Source: Candidatus Latescibacterota bacterium
GTDB lineage: Bacteria > Latescibacterota > UBA2968 > GCA-2709665
Direction of reading: 5' to 3'
Length of the DNA stretch: 64,000 bases
Assembly (NCBI GenBank): GCA_965219455.1
Contig: OZ244744.1
Location: 256,001 to 320,000, forward strand
Shown: positions 1 through 8,012 of the stretch, one piece after another
Position numbering within the stretch: position 1 is the stretch's first letter
Layout of the letters: each line of letters opens with the position of its first letter
The notes under the pieces: model-generated
Told to the model about the DNA's origin: nothing
The model's database searches: none
Seen by the model: the letters and a program-made list of their open reading frames with translations, nothing else
Translations under genes and position numbers: made by a program

Positions 1-735
1 GGCATTCTGAAGCGCTATCTGACGGTTATACCGAGAGTGAATCTCTCGCCGCCGGACAGCCAGACTTTCGAGCTCGACCTCGACCTGTTGAAGGCGATCG
101 GCCAGTTCCCCGTAATTTGTCGCGATATTTGCGACATCCCGCAGCCTGTCGTCTATCTTTTCGATATTACTGTAGACCTCGTATGCCTTTTGGCTGCTCC
201 CACCTTTTAGAAAAATTCCTGCGCGAGAGGACTCGATCGACCTCACGGCGTTCGGAAGTGAAGTTACGCCCATGCCTGCACTATATATCTGGCTGTTGAC
301 GTTCGCGTCCCTCAGCAAGTCTTCGCTGTAGAGATCGTCGAGGGTGAACGCGAATACCCGCTCAAAGACGTCCCGTGAGTGGTGCCCCAGCAACTTCGCC
401 AGTTCAGATTCCGGTAGCATGTCGCCTGTTGCCAAAGTCAGGGCAACGTCTCCGCCATAACTCTTTCCCGTCGTTCTGCGCACGTCGTACACACCACCGT
501 CCGTGCCTTCGATAGTGATGTGTCCTCCATAACTCCCCCCGGCCAACGCCGGATAGGGGTTGACCTTCCCGCTCTTGCGGGGAAATCCGAAAAGCACCCT
601 TCGGACGAACTCCAACAGCGTGCTCTTGCCCGCCTCGTTGGGACCGTAGAGGACGGTCACGGATCGCTCCAGCGGGCCAAATTTCGTGCCTGTGAACTGA
701 CCGAACCCGTCGATGCGAATGTCGCGGATCTTCAT
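1..735 (-). CDS. YhaN-like AAA/SMC-type ATPase (Rad50/SbcC-like), N-terminal part; runs off the window edge
   Basis: Absent from the ORF track. Manual translation from ATG at 735 gives MKIRDIRIDGFGQF...VTVLYGPNEAGKSTLLEFVRRVLFGF (Walker A GPNEAGKST) and stays open to base 1. The ATG overlaps the upstream TGA (ATGA). Confidence 0.88.
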   Translation of the reverse strand, partial: MKIRDIRIDGFGQFTGTKFGPLERSVTVLYGPNEAGKSTLLEFVRRVLFGFPRKSGKVNPYPALAGGSYGGHITIEGTDGGVYDVRRTTGKSYGGDVALTLATGDMLPESELAKLLGHHSRDVFERVFAFTLDDLYSEDLLRDANVNSQIYSAGMGVTSLPNAVRSIESSRAGIFLKGGSSQKAYEVYSNIEKIDDRLRDVANIATNYGELADRLQQVEVELESLAVRRREIHSRYNRQIALQNA

Positions 736-2006
736 GCGTCGTCATCCCCTGCCAGCAGGTTTACGACGATTGCCTCAGCCTCATCGATCAACGTAGAAAG
801 GTCATCGTTGCCAGGGGCGTGGTCGGATAGATGCTGGCGATAACGACGGTGCTGGTAGAGATCGGAAAGTCCATCCTGCAGACGGGCTAGTAAGTCGGGG
901 TCTTTCTTCGCGCGATCCGCGGTCTTGAGCACCTCGGCCAAAAAGTCGGAGCCTTCGACGCGCTCCTCCCGGTCGAACCGGGCCGCGGTCTCGTCTTCGA
1001 TGCGCTCACACCACGCGAAGGGGGCACGTTTCGCCCATTCGCGGTTTATGCTTTCCATAATATCTTCTATGAAGCCGGTCTGTCGAAGTCCGTTATATAG
1101 ACCACCCCTACCAGCCAACGCGATTCTCAGCACAACTGACGCGCCGTTCGCGGCATTCAAAGCGTCATCAATGCTCTGGTGGATCCCGTCAATCAGGTCC
1201 TGCTCCGCGTCCATTTGGGAGATGTCCAGTACGGTCCGCTCCCACCGCACAATATCAACGGACCTGAAATCCAGGCGGACTGCGCCGTCATCGTCCACCT
1301 CGACAAGATACACGCCGCGTGCGCCGCGCTCGTTGGGATGCCTGCCCTGGGGGTTGCCAGGATAGACCACGGTCGGGGTCCGTTCTCTGAGTACCTGCCT
1401 GGTATGCACGTGTCCGAGCGCCCAGTAGTCTATCCCCGACAGTTCAAGATCGTCGAGCGAGCAGGGCGCGTAGTTTTCATGGGCGGCGTCGCTACCTACA
1501 TTGGCGTGCATCAGCCCGATGGAAAACATCTCCGGATTTCCCCTGCCCAACCGTGGCACGAGATTTTCGGCGACGTCGCCCGTGGCGTGACTGATTCCAT
1601 GCACGACTCCGCGACCTGGATCTTTCTTGAGAATCGGTACGGCCTCAGCCTCCTTCAGAAAGCGCGTACAGCTTTTCGGATAGACCAGACGCGCCTCCCA
1701 ACCGTCGAGCGGATCGTGGTTGCCGTGGCAGACGAAAGAACGTATACCGGCCTCGTCCAGCCGTTTCAGGCCATCTGCGAACTTGAGTTGCGCGCGCAGG
1801 CTCCGATCGGCCGAGTCGTACACGTCGCCTGCGACCAGCAGCGCGTCCACACGCTCGTCGATGCACAGGTTGATGATGTTCTCGTAGGCGCCGAAGGTCG
1901 CGTCCTGAAGTGCGTCGGCCACGTTGTCGGGCGCAACGGCCTTTATCCCGATAAAGGGGCTGTCCAGATGCAGATCAGCGGCATGTATAAAGCGGAGATG
2001 GGACAT
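732..2006 (-). CDS. YhaO/SbcD(Mre11)-like metallophosphoesterase DNA-repair nuclease
   Basis: Motifs ADLHLD, AGDVYD, GNHD and ALGHVH; translationally coupled to the YhaN-like gene. Confidence 0.9.
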   Translation of the reverse strand: MSHLRFIHAADLHLDSPFIGIKAVAPDNVADALQDATFGAYENIINLCIDERVDALLVAGDVYDSADRSLRAQLKFADGLKRLDEAGIRSFVCHGNHDPLDGWEARLVYPKSCTRFLKEAEAVPILKKDPGRGVVHGISHATGDVAENLVPRLGRGNPEMFSIGLMHANVGSDAAHENYAPCSLDDLELSGIDYWALGHVHTRQVLRERTPTVVYPGNPQGRHPNERGARGVYLVEVDDDGAVRLDFRSVDIVRWERTVLDISQMDAEQDLIDGIHQSIDDALNAANGASVVLRIALAGRGGLYNGLRQTGFIEDIMESINREWAKRAPFAWCERIEDETAARFDREERVEGSDFLAEVLKTADRAKKDPDLLARLQDGLSDLYQHRRYRQHLSDHAPGNDDLSTLIDEAEAIVVNLLAGDDDA

Positions 2007-2037
2007 GTGTCTCCATTAACTGCGTTTGAAACGTCGT

Positions 2038-2100
2038 TCAGCGGTTGTTGAACAACAGTATGAAGACGTTAGTATCGATCAGAAAACGGTCTGTAGTCAT
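2038..2100 (-). pseudogene. Truncated PIN-domain (VapC-like) toxin, 20 aa only
   Basis: ATG overlaps the stop of the upstream small gene and reads MTTDRFLIDTNVFILLFNNR*. The hhDTNhhh pattern is the first strand/helix of PIN domains. Confidence 0.7.
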
Positions 2101-2342
2101 TGATCCCACCCACGTTTCCATGAATTCCGAAGATTGCGCTGTAAACCAACGGGGTCGTCGACGTCTCTAAATGCCCTGATCTTGCCGGCGAGACTCATCA
2201 GGCCATGATGGGTTTGTGAAATTTGACTCTCGTCGTCTTTCAGGTAGACAACGACGCGGGCTTTCCGACCGAAAGCTTCGCGGAAATCCTTTGGCAACGT
2301 GCCGTCCGCCGGGATCACAATGTCTCTATCGATTGATTTCAA
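2097..2342 (-). CDS. Putative antitoxin (VapB-position small protein, 81 aa)
   Basis: TTG start with AGGAAG 7 nt upstream; reads MKSIDRDIVIPADGTLP...LAGKIRAFRDVDDPVGLQRNLRNSW; ATGA overlap with the PIN fragment. Confidence 0.65.
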   Translation of the reverse strand: MKSIDRDIVIPADGTLPKDFREAFGRKARVVVYLKDDESQISQTHHGLMSLAGKIRAFRDVDDPVGLQRNLRNSWKRGWDQ

Positions 2343-2491
2343 GTTTGCACTTCCTGTGCGGAAAACGTGCACTCGGGCGCGTCGGCAACGGTGCCGATGC
2401 ACGGAGTCACTGTCACTCGAATCCGGATGACCTCATTATGCTGAAATCTTCAATCGTGCTCCCATCCGGAACCGTTTTCCATTTCACACCT

Positions 2492-2860
2492 TCAAATGAA
2501 CTTCTCAGGAGACACTTGAAATATCTCCGCCAACTTTCGCGCGGTTTTCAGGCTGATTGACCGGGCTTCTCTCTCCATATTCGAGATATGCTGGCGAGGA
2601 ACGCCCCCGAGCATCTCGCCCAGCCTTGTCTGAGTCAACCCGTGATTCTCCCGGTAAATCCTAAGATTGTCGCCCGGTGTCATTCCGGATTTGACGCTCC
2701 GATACCAATCTGTCTCAAAGACGTTGAAACGCTCTTCGTCGGCATTTCCATAGAGTTGAATCTGTTCTCCGTATTCCTCTTTCAATACGGACATCAGCTT
2801 GTCGGGAATCACTCCTTTAATGTTGATCTCAATTTGGGGCGTTTTCACGACTGCCTGCAT
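2492..2860 (-). CDS. XRE/HTH_3 transcriptional regulator, HigA-like antitoxin
   Basis: C-terminal HTH (PGDNLRIYRENHGLTQTRLGEMLG..RQHISNME...ISLKTARKLAEIF); overlaps the 3' end of a RelE-like pseudogene. Confidence 0.85.
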   Translation of the reverse strand: MQAVVKTPQIEINIKGVIPDKLMSVLKEEYGEQIQLYGNADEERFNVFETDWYRSVKSGMTPGDNLRIYRENHGLTQTRLGEMLGGVPRQHISNMEREARSISLKTARKLAEIFQVSPEKFI

Positions 2861-3093
2861 AGTAGACCTCAATGGTTTTTGAATTTTTCAATCAAGACCA
2901 GCAGACCACCCAACCGCGCGTGACGTGGTTGTGGTATTTGTCCGATCCAGGTTCGCTGCAGTCGGGCCAATCGTTTCTCATCGGCCCGGTATCGCTCAGA
3001 TCTTCGACAAGGTTTGCTACCGGTCGTATGAACCGAATCAGGCAGCCTTCGAATACGCCGTGGGAGGCTTCTAATAATGTGGATTCGATACAT
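2829..3093 (-). pseudogene. Degraded RelE/HigB-like toxin (frameshift plus in-frame stop)
   Basis: Frame 1 reads MYRIHIIRSLPRRIRRLPDSVH. A shifted frame reads NLVEDLSDTGPMRNDWPDCSEPGSDKYHNHVTRGWVVCWS*LKNSKTIEVYYAGSRENAPN*, with TGA at 2892-2894. This fits the GP.R.(N/D)WP..S.LG...(Y/H)H.H...EV.YAG..E.APY pattern of RelE-like toxins found upstream of such HTH genes. Confidence 0.75.
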
Positions 3094-3095
3094 TC

Positions 3096-3124
3096 AAAGT
3101 AACCATTTAGTAGTTACATGTCAA
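3096..3124 (-). promoter_or_regulatory. Sigma70-like promoter with overlapping palindromic operator for the toxin-HTH module
   Basis: Minus strand TTGACA-17nt-TACTTT; inverted repeat GTAAC-N9-GTTAC (3099-3117) overlaps the spacer and -10. The -10 lies only 2 nt from the ATG, which is atypical. Confidence 0.55.
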
Positions 3125-3362
3125 ATTAAAACCATGTCCTCATCCAGCCGATCTGAATACCTCTCCGTTCAATCGCGCGACCCCCTGCTTAAGACCCTCG
3201 TCACCGAAAAGTGCCTCTCCATTTCCTGCGGCGGAGAAGATAACATGTGCAAACTGCGTGCCATCGCACAGTAAGCACAATGTCAGCCTTGAAGCCCCTG
3301 CGGCAGACGCCAGGCATTTCGTCTATCCATAGTAGATTCCAGACGCAGTTCACAGACCAACT

Positions 3363-3407
3363 ACGAACCATAAGAAAACTTATGTGTTCGCAAATTTTCT
3401 TATGGTT
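3363..3407. repeat. dif/Xer-like site overlapping a 13-bp perfect inverted repeat
   Basis: ACGAACCATAA-GAAAAC-TTATGTGTTCG (3363-3390); AACCATAAGAAAA (3366-3378) pairs with TTTTCTTATGGTT (3395-3407). Confidence 0.45.
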
Positions 3408-3477
3408 GGCGTGCGCAGCGACGGTAAATGTAACCTGGTTTGATCCCGTCGCGATACATATCTGTCACACGGCTCCT

Positions 3478-4101
3478 TCACCCGGTCCAGCAACCGGAGG
3501 CCAACCTCGGCCAATCGAGGGGCTTTGTAACGACCGCGTAGACCCATGCGGTCCGCCAGATTTCCTTTACAAGAACCGGCGCCAGTACCCGGCGGTAAAG
3601 ACTTCGACCGCCGGGGCGGAAGCCTTCCAGGCGGTCGATGGCGGGCAGGCGGGTCTCGGGATCGTCGAATACGAGCAGCTCCCCGTGCACGACGCCCCGG
3701 CCGCTCGCGGGGCTTTCGGCCAATCGCCGAGGATTGATGTGACGGCACAGGCGTACCTGCGCGGCCGCGTCGGCTATGGGGTCTGCGGTTCCTTCCGCGA
3801 GGATATCCTGCTCCGGTACCTTGAGAAAAGGGATGCGATCGGGCCTGATGTAGAGGTGTCCGCGAACCAGCGCCTTTTCAATCGCCAGCACGCCCCGACA
3901 GTAGCCGTTGTGGTTCGAGTACCCGCGTTTGAGCGTGCCGTAGACGAAGAGGCTGATCGACGTTCCGGCAGGGGGCTCATTCGCGGGTGCCGCATATGTC
4001 GTCGCACGAATCGGCGACGGATGCCTTGCTTTGCGACCCGACCGGCCCTGTTGGATCGGCCCAGACAACGGTTCGGCGCGGGTGTCTGCGCTTTGTGCCA
4101 T
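3478..4101 (-). CDS. Gamma-glutamylcyclotransferase (AIG2/GGCT-like) family protein
   Basis: LFVYGTLKRG, IDRLEG..Y.R and AWVY motifs; true start uncertain. Confidence 0.85.
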   Translation of the reverse strand: MAQSADTRAEPLSGPIQQGRSGRKARHPSPIRATTYAAPANEPPAGTSISLFVYGTLKRGYSNHNGYCRGVLAIEKALVRGHLYIRPDRIPFLKVPEQDILAEGTADPIADAAAQVRLCRHINPRRLAESPASGRGVVHGELLVFDDPETRLPAIDRLEGFRPGGRSLYRRVLAPVLVKEIWRTAWVYAVVTKPLDWPRLASGCWTG

Positions 4102-4216
4102 CGGCGCACCCCATTATGCGCTTTGCTTTACGATACCCTATCGATATGTTGTCCGGGCAGGCGCTATTCCGTCTACTCAGGCGGGTTACGGAGGTCCGTC
4201 ACCGACACCGGAGTCC

Positions 4217-4241
4217 GGGTGACCACAAGGGGCGCCCCTAC
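4217..4241 (-). repeat. GTAG-type REP-like palindrome (single copy)
   Basis: Minus strand GTAGGGGCGCCCCTTGTGGTCACCC: a GTAG tetranucleotide followed by an imperfect GC-rich palindrome, in an intergenic position. Confidence 0.6.
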
Positions 4242-4337
4242 AAGACGACGGGGAGTGGTGGAAAGGCGAAGACGCGACGGCCGTTGGCCGGTTTCTCTGG
4301 CGAATCAAGATTCACTCTTCATCCTTACGGGTCCCCC

Positions 4338-5255
4338 ATGAATCCGATCTTTCTAAAATGGACCGGCTGCGGCGGTTTCGAGGTCCGTACCGACGCGATC
4401 AACTTCGCCTTCGACCCCTATCTGTTCGGAGAACATCTGACCGGCGCGTCGCCGGACTTCGACTATATCTTCATCAGCCACGAACACTTCGACCACTGCC
4501 ACCCTTCCACCCTGCGCAGGCTCTGCCGTGGTGATCGCTTCAAGAAGATCTTCGTAAGCCCGGGTTGCTGCGACCCCGACCAGCCCGTGGACGAAAAATA
4601 CGGCGACGCCGCGTTCGGGCGCGACCTCCCCCTCACCAGATACCTGGATCCCAAAATTGTTCAGGTTGTCTTTCCCGGGCACCTGAGCCACATCGGCGGA
4701 GAATTCCGCACCTTTCCCGGCCCCTTCGAACTGGACCTCGGCCCCATCCACGTGGAAATTATCGAAAGCGGTGAAAATCAGAGACCGGACCTGCCCAACT
4801 GCGGATACCTCGTTACCGTCCGTGATCTCGACGTCTCTTTTCTACATACCGGCGATCTCACCGAACCCTACCGTGCGCTCGAGGAGCTGCGTGGACGGGT
4901 CACGTACCTTATCCACATGAAGATGGGCCTCACGGAATGGGGAGGCGAGGACCGAACCGACAAACTCCTTCAATGCGTCGACGCCATCCAGCCGGAGTTC
5001 TTCATCCCCATCCACTACCGCACCGACCGCACGTCGGACCCGATCCCGCACGGCACCTGGCCGCCCAACGTCACGGATGCCGGCGCGTTCATCGAATGGA
5101 TCCGGGAAGCTGTTGGATCCAGCACCCGCGTATTGCCGTTCACCGCAGGCGTGGAATACGAAATCGACCTGCCCTCGAAGCAGGTCCTCTGGAAATGGAA
5201 CTGGTTCAATACGTGGACGACGCCGTCCTGGCGGAACGACAGATCGAATGAGTAG
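4338..5255 (+). CDS. Metallo-beta-lactamase-fold hydrolase (UlaG-like)
   Basis: MNPIFLKWTG start; FDPY, ISHEHFDH, HTGD and IPIHY motifs. Confidence 0.85.
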   Translation: MNPIFLKWTGCGGFEVRTDAINFAFDPYLFGEHLTGASPDFDYIFISHEHFDHCHPSTLRRLCRGDRFKKIFVSPGCCDPDQPVDEKYGDAAFGRDLPLTRYLDPKIVQVVFPGHLSHIGGEFRTFPGPFELDLGPIHVEIIESGENQRPDLPNCGYLVTVRDLDVSFLHTGDLTEPYRALEELRGRVTYLIHMKMGLTEWGGEDRTDKLLQCVDAIQPEFFIPIHYRTDRTSDPIPHGTWPPNVTDAGAFIEWIREAVGSSTRVLPFTAGVEYEIDLPSKQVLWKWNWFNTWTTPSWRNDRSNE

Positions 5256-5291
5256 GCGGACGGAGCCGCTGACAGGGGTCAACACATATCG

Positions 5292-5561
5292 GTGTCCCGT
5301 GCCCAGAAATAGGTCACCAGTCATCCGCCGATTCATTCCGACTCGCTGCATTCCATTCGCTCGCTGAAACGTGGTCATTGAGCTTGTCGAAATGCCCGCG
5401 TTTCGCTATCCGTACGATGCCAATCAACAGCCCTTTGCCGACCCTTCGACAAGCTCATGGAGCGGCTCAGGGCTAACACGCCGGTTCCTGAGCCTGTCGA
5501 AGGATGCAATTCAGACAACTCGGCGGATGAATTCTGGCAATTTATCTCCGGGTCAGAACAC
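5292..5561. mobile_element. MITE family B copy carrying a ~155-bp internal insert
   Basis: Both ends align with 38776-38884 (AGGTCACCAGTCATCCGCCGATTCATTCCGACTCGCTG vs AGGTCGCCATTCTTCCGACGATTCATCCCGTCTCGCTG; shared right end TCCGGGTCAGAACAC). Insert 5364-5518 is flanked by CTCG on both sides. Confidence 0.7.
5379..5503. repeat. Cluster of three alternating-orientation TGAGCYTGTCGAA palindromic units (REP-like)
   Basis: TGAGCTTGTCGAA 5379-5391, TTCGACAAGCTCA 5445-5457 (exact reverse complement of the first), TGAGCCTGTCGAA 5489-5501. Confidence 0.75.
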
Positions 5562-5612
5562 CAACCCCGGTATGACGCTGTCTGCCCCGCACGGTTGTCC
5601 GTTCGGCCCTGA

Positions 5613-6710
5613 TCAAAAGACGATCAGACCCCGTGCCACCTCCCCGGCCGTGAGTGCTCCGAAGGCCTCGTTCGCCTCATCGACACCGTATTTTTTGGTC
5701 ACCAGTTCGTCGATTTTGAGTTTTCCGGCCAGATAGAGCTCCACCATCCGCGGAAAATCGTCCCACGTCCTCGCGCTGCCGTATCTTGATCCACGCAAGA
5801 TTCGCTCGTTCGCCTGGAGGTTCCCCGTATCAAAGGTCACCGTCGAGCCGGTTGGCGGCAGACCGATCAGCACGCACTGGCCCCGCGGCGCCAGGCAGTC
5901 CCACGCCTGATTGATCACCCGCGGCTCACCCACGGCCACGAACGAGTAATCGGACCCCCGGCTCGTCAGGTCCCGGATCGCCTCCACGGGATTGTCCTCC
6001 GCCGCATTGATCGTGTGGGTCGCGCCGAACGACTTCGCATATTCGAGCTTCGCCGGGTTGATGTCCACGGCGATAATGGGGTGGGCCTGCACGAGCGTTC
6101 CGCCCTGGACCACGTTCAGCCCGATTCCGCCCGCCCCGAAAACCACCATGCTCGCCCCCGGTGTCACCGCGGCAGTATTGATGACCGAACCCACACCCGT
6201 CATCACCGAACACCCGATCAGCGCGGCCACGTCCAGCGGCATATCCTCGCGAATGGGTACCGCGCAGGAGGACGGCATCACCGAATAGGAGGAAAAGCTG
6301 CACGCCGGTCCGTAGTGGTAGACCGTCTCGCCCCTCAATTTCATCCTCGAGGTACCGTCCATCAGCACACCGTTGGACGGAACGCCCCGTTCGCACAGGT
6401 GCGAAAGCCCGGTGACACAATAGTGACAGCGTCCGCAGGTCGGCGACCACGAGAGAATCACGTGATCGCCGGGTTTTACATGCGTCACGCCCGGCCCCAC
6501 CTCCTCCACCACACCGGCCCCTTCATCGCCCAGCACCATGGGCATCGGGAACCCCTTCCAGCCCCCGTCCACAACGTGCAGGCAACTGTGACACACCCCG
6601 CTGGCCGCCATCCGCACCATCACCTCATCCTGCTTCGGTCCTTCCAGATCCAGATCCTCAACGACCAGCGGCTTTAGCGGCTCCAACAGTACCGACGCCT
6701 TCATTTTCAT
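5613..6710 (-). CDS. Zn-dependent alcohol dehydrogenase (MDR, class III-like) with atypical catalytic-Zn motif
   Basis: Structural Zn motif CGRCHYC..C, IGCSVMTG, Rossmann FGAGGIG; CHSC and GDEGAG replace the usual CHSD and GHEGAG; GAGG RBS before ATG 6710. Confidence 0.9.
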   Translation of the reverse strand: MKMKASVLLEPLKPLVVEDLDLEGPKQDEVMVRMAASGVCHSCLHVVDGGWKGFPMPMVLGDEGAGVVEEVGPGVTHVKPGDHVILSWSPTCGRCHYCVTGLSHLCERGVPSNGVLMDGTSRMKLRGETVYHYGPACSFSSYSVMPSSCAVPIREDMPLDVAALIGCSVMTGVGSVINTAAVTPGASMVVFGAGGIGLNVVQGGTLVQAHPIIAVDINPAKLEYAKSFGATHTINAAEDNPVEAIRDLTSRGSDYSFVAVGEPRVINQAWDCLAPRGQCVLIGLPPTGSTVTFDTGNLQANERILRGSRYGSARTWDDFPRMVELYLAGKLKIDELVTKKYGVDEANEAFGALTAGEVARGLIVF

Positions 6711-6797
6711 GGCATACCTCCCGTGTGTTCGATATACATCTGACAATCGGCCAAACCCTGCACTTGCCCGGGACAAAATACCGTCGGCGCGAGGACG

Positions 6798-8012
6798 TCA
6801 GGCCCGTGCGTGGTGCGAGGTTTCGGGCGCTCGATACGCCACGTCGATGTCCGGCGTCTCAATGCGCTGTTCGCCTTGCAACCTGGAGGCGAGACAACTC
6901 TCGAGAATGCCGCACACGATCAGGGTGCGTTCGGGCGGGTAGGGCGCCCGCCCGCTTTCAATCATCTCCACGATCTTGGCGACCAGGCAGGCCGAATAGG
7001 TCACGTTGGGCGTGGGCGTCAAGAAAAACTGTGTGGACACCGGCGCGTCATACGCTTCCACCCGCGCCGCGAAACAATAGTCGCGCAGGGCACCGTTGAG
7101 CATGAGTAGCGTCGCACGCAAACCATCGCGGTACTCGATGAAATAGGCTGCGGGATTCACTGCGAGGCCCGGCAACTCGCCCGCTCCCAGCAGATCCCGG
7201 GTGCGGCCGTCCTCTTCGGGCAAGCCGCAGGGCCTATCGCTTCGCGAAAGGGCCGCCTCCAGCAGTTCCCGGGACCAGCGACCCTCCTCGCCGGCCCGCC
7301 AGACCGCGTCGCCTTCGATCATTTGCACGGCCCTCACGCCGGTTTCACCTCCGCGCCTGCGTTCGACCATGCACTGCATGCCCTCGAGCGCGTGGTAGTC
7401 CATGGCATCAGACCCTCCCACCCCTACCATCAGAGCCTCGTCAATCCGACAATCCAGCGGCAACTCCACGTCGGGAAGCCGATAGGAAACGGGCAGGGAC
7501 GAACCCGCCAGCAACGGAAAATCGAGACGGCGGGAATCAGCCACCATTTCGCGGGCTCTCACAAAGCTGTAGGACAGGTGCTTGTCGTTGAATACCGGCA
7601 CCGCGACGCCTTCCTGTTCAAAGACTTCCACGCATTCCTTGAAAAATTCATACCTTGGATACAGGATCTGTCCCTTGTTATTCTTCGGGTACTCGCCGTG
7701 CTCTCCAATGATCAGCACCGCATCCACGGCCAGCCGGTCGGTACCGCAGCGCAGCGCCCCGGCTATGGTGTCGTAAACGTCAAACCCGAACTCTCTTGCG
7801 CGGTCTCCACTCTGGTCGCCCTCCGGCTTCTGGTCGACATAGAGTGACGCGATGCGCGTGTTCGGCCGCCGCCATTGTCCTTCATACGGGTACCCCACCA
7901 CGAACCGGTCCGCGATATGCTGTGCGTGCGAGAGGTAGCGATAGATCGTGGCGACTACGGCGAGGCGCGTGGGCGCGGCGCCCGGTGCGGGCTGTTCTCC
8001 GGGACGGGCCAC
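6798..8012 (-). CDS. Uncharacterised protein, paralogue 1 (possible distant Gfo/Idh/MocA-like oxidoreductase)
   Basis: 404-aa ORF sharing many motifs with 8013-9206 (SHAQHI.DRF, GEHG.Y, VFNDKHLS, AGSSLPV, HALE..QCMVERR). Confidence 0.8.
   Translation of the reverse strand: MARPGEQPAPGAAPTRLAVVATIYRYLSHAQHIADRFVVGYPYEGQWRRPNTRIASLYVDQKPEGDQSGDRAREFGFDVYDTIAGALRCGTDRLAVDAVLIIGEHGEYPKNNKGQILYPRYEFFKECVEVFEQEGVAVPVFNDKHLSYSFVRAREMVADSRRLDFPLLAGSSLPVSYRLPDVELPLDCRIDEALMVGVGGSDAMDYHALEGMQCMVERRRGGETGVRAVQMIEGDAVWRAGEEGRWSRELLEAALSRSDRPCGLPEEDGRTRDLLGAGELPGLAVNPAAYFIEYRDGLRATLLMLNGALRDYCFAARVEAYDAPVSTQFFLTPTPNVTYSACLVAKIVEMIESGRAPYPPERTLIVCGILESCLASRLQGEQRIETPDIDVAYRAPETSHHARA

Noticed and set aside
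2892-2894. TGA as selenocysteine or read-through in the RelE-like gene
   Set aside because: The gene also has a frameshift and no evident SECIS hairpin; ordinary decay is simpler.
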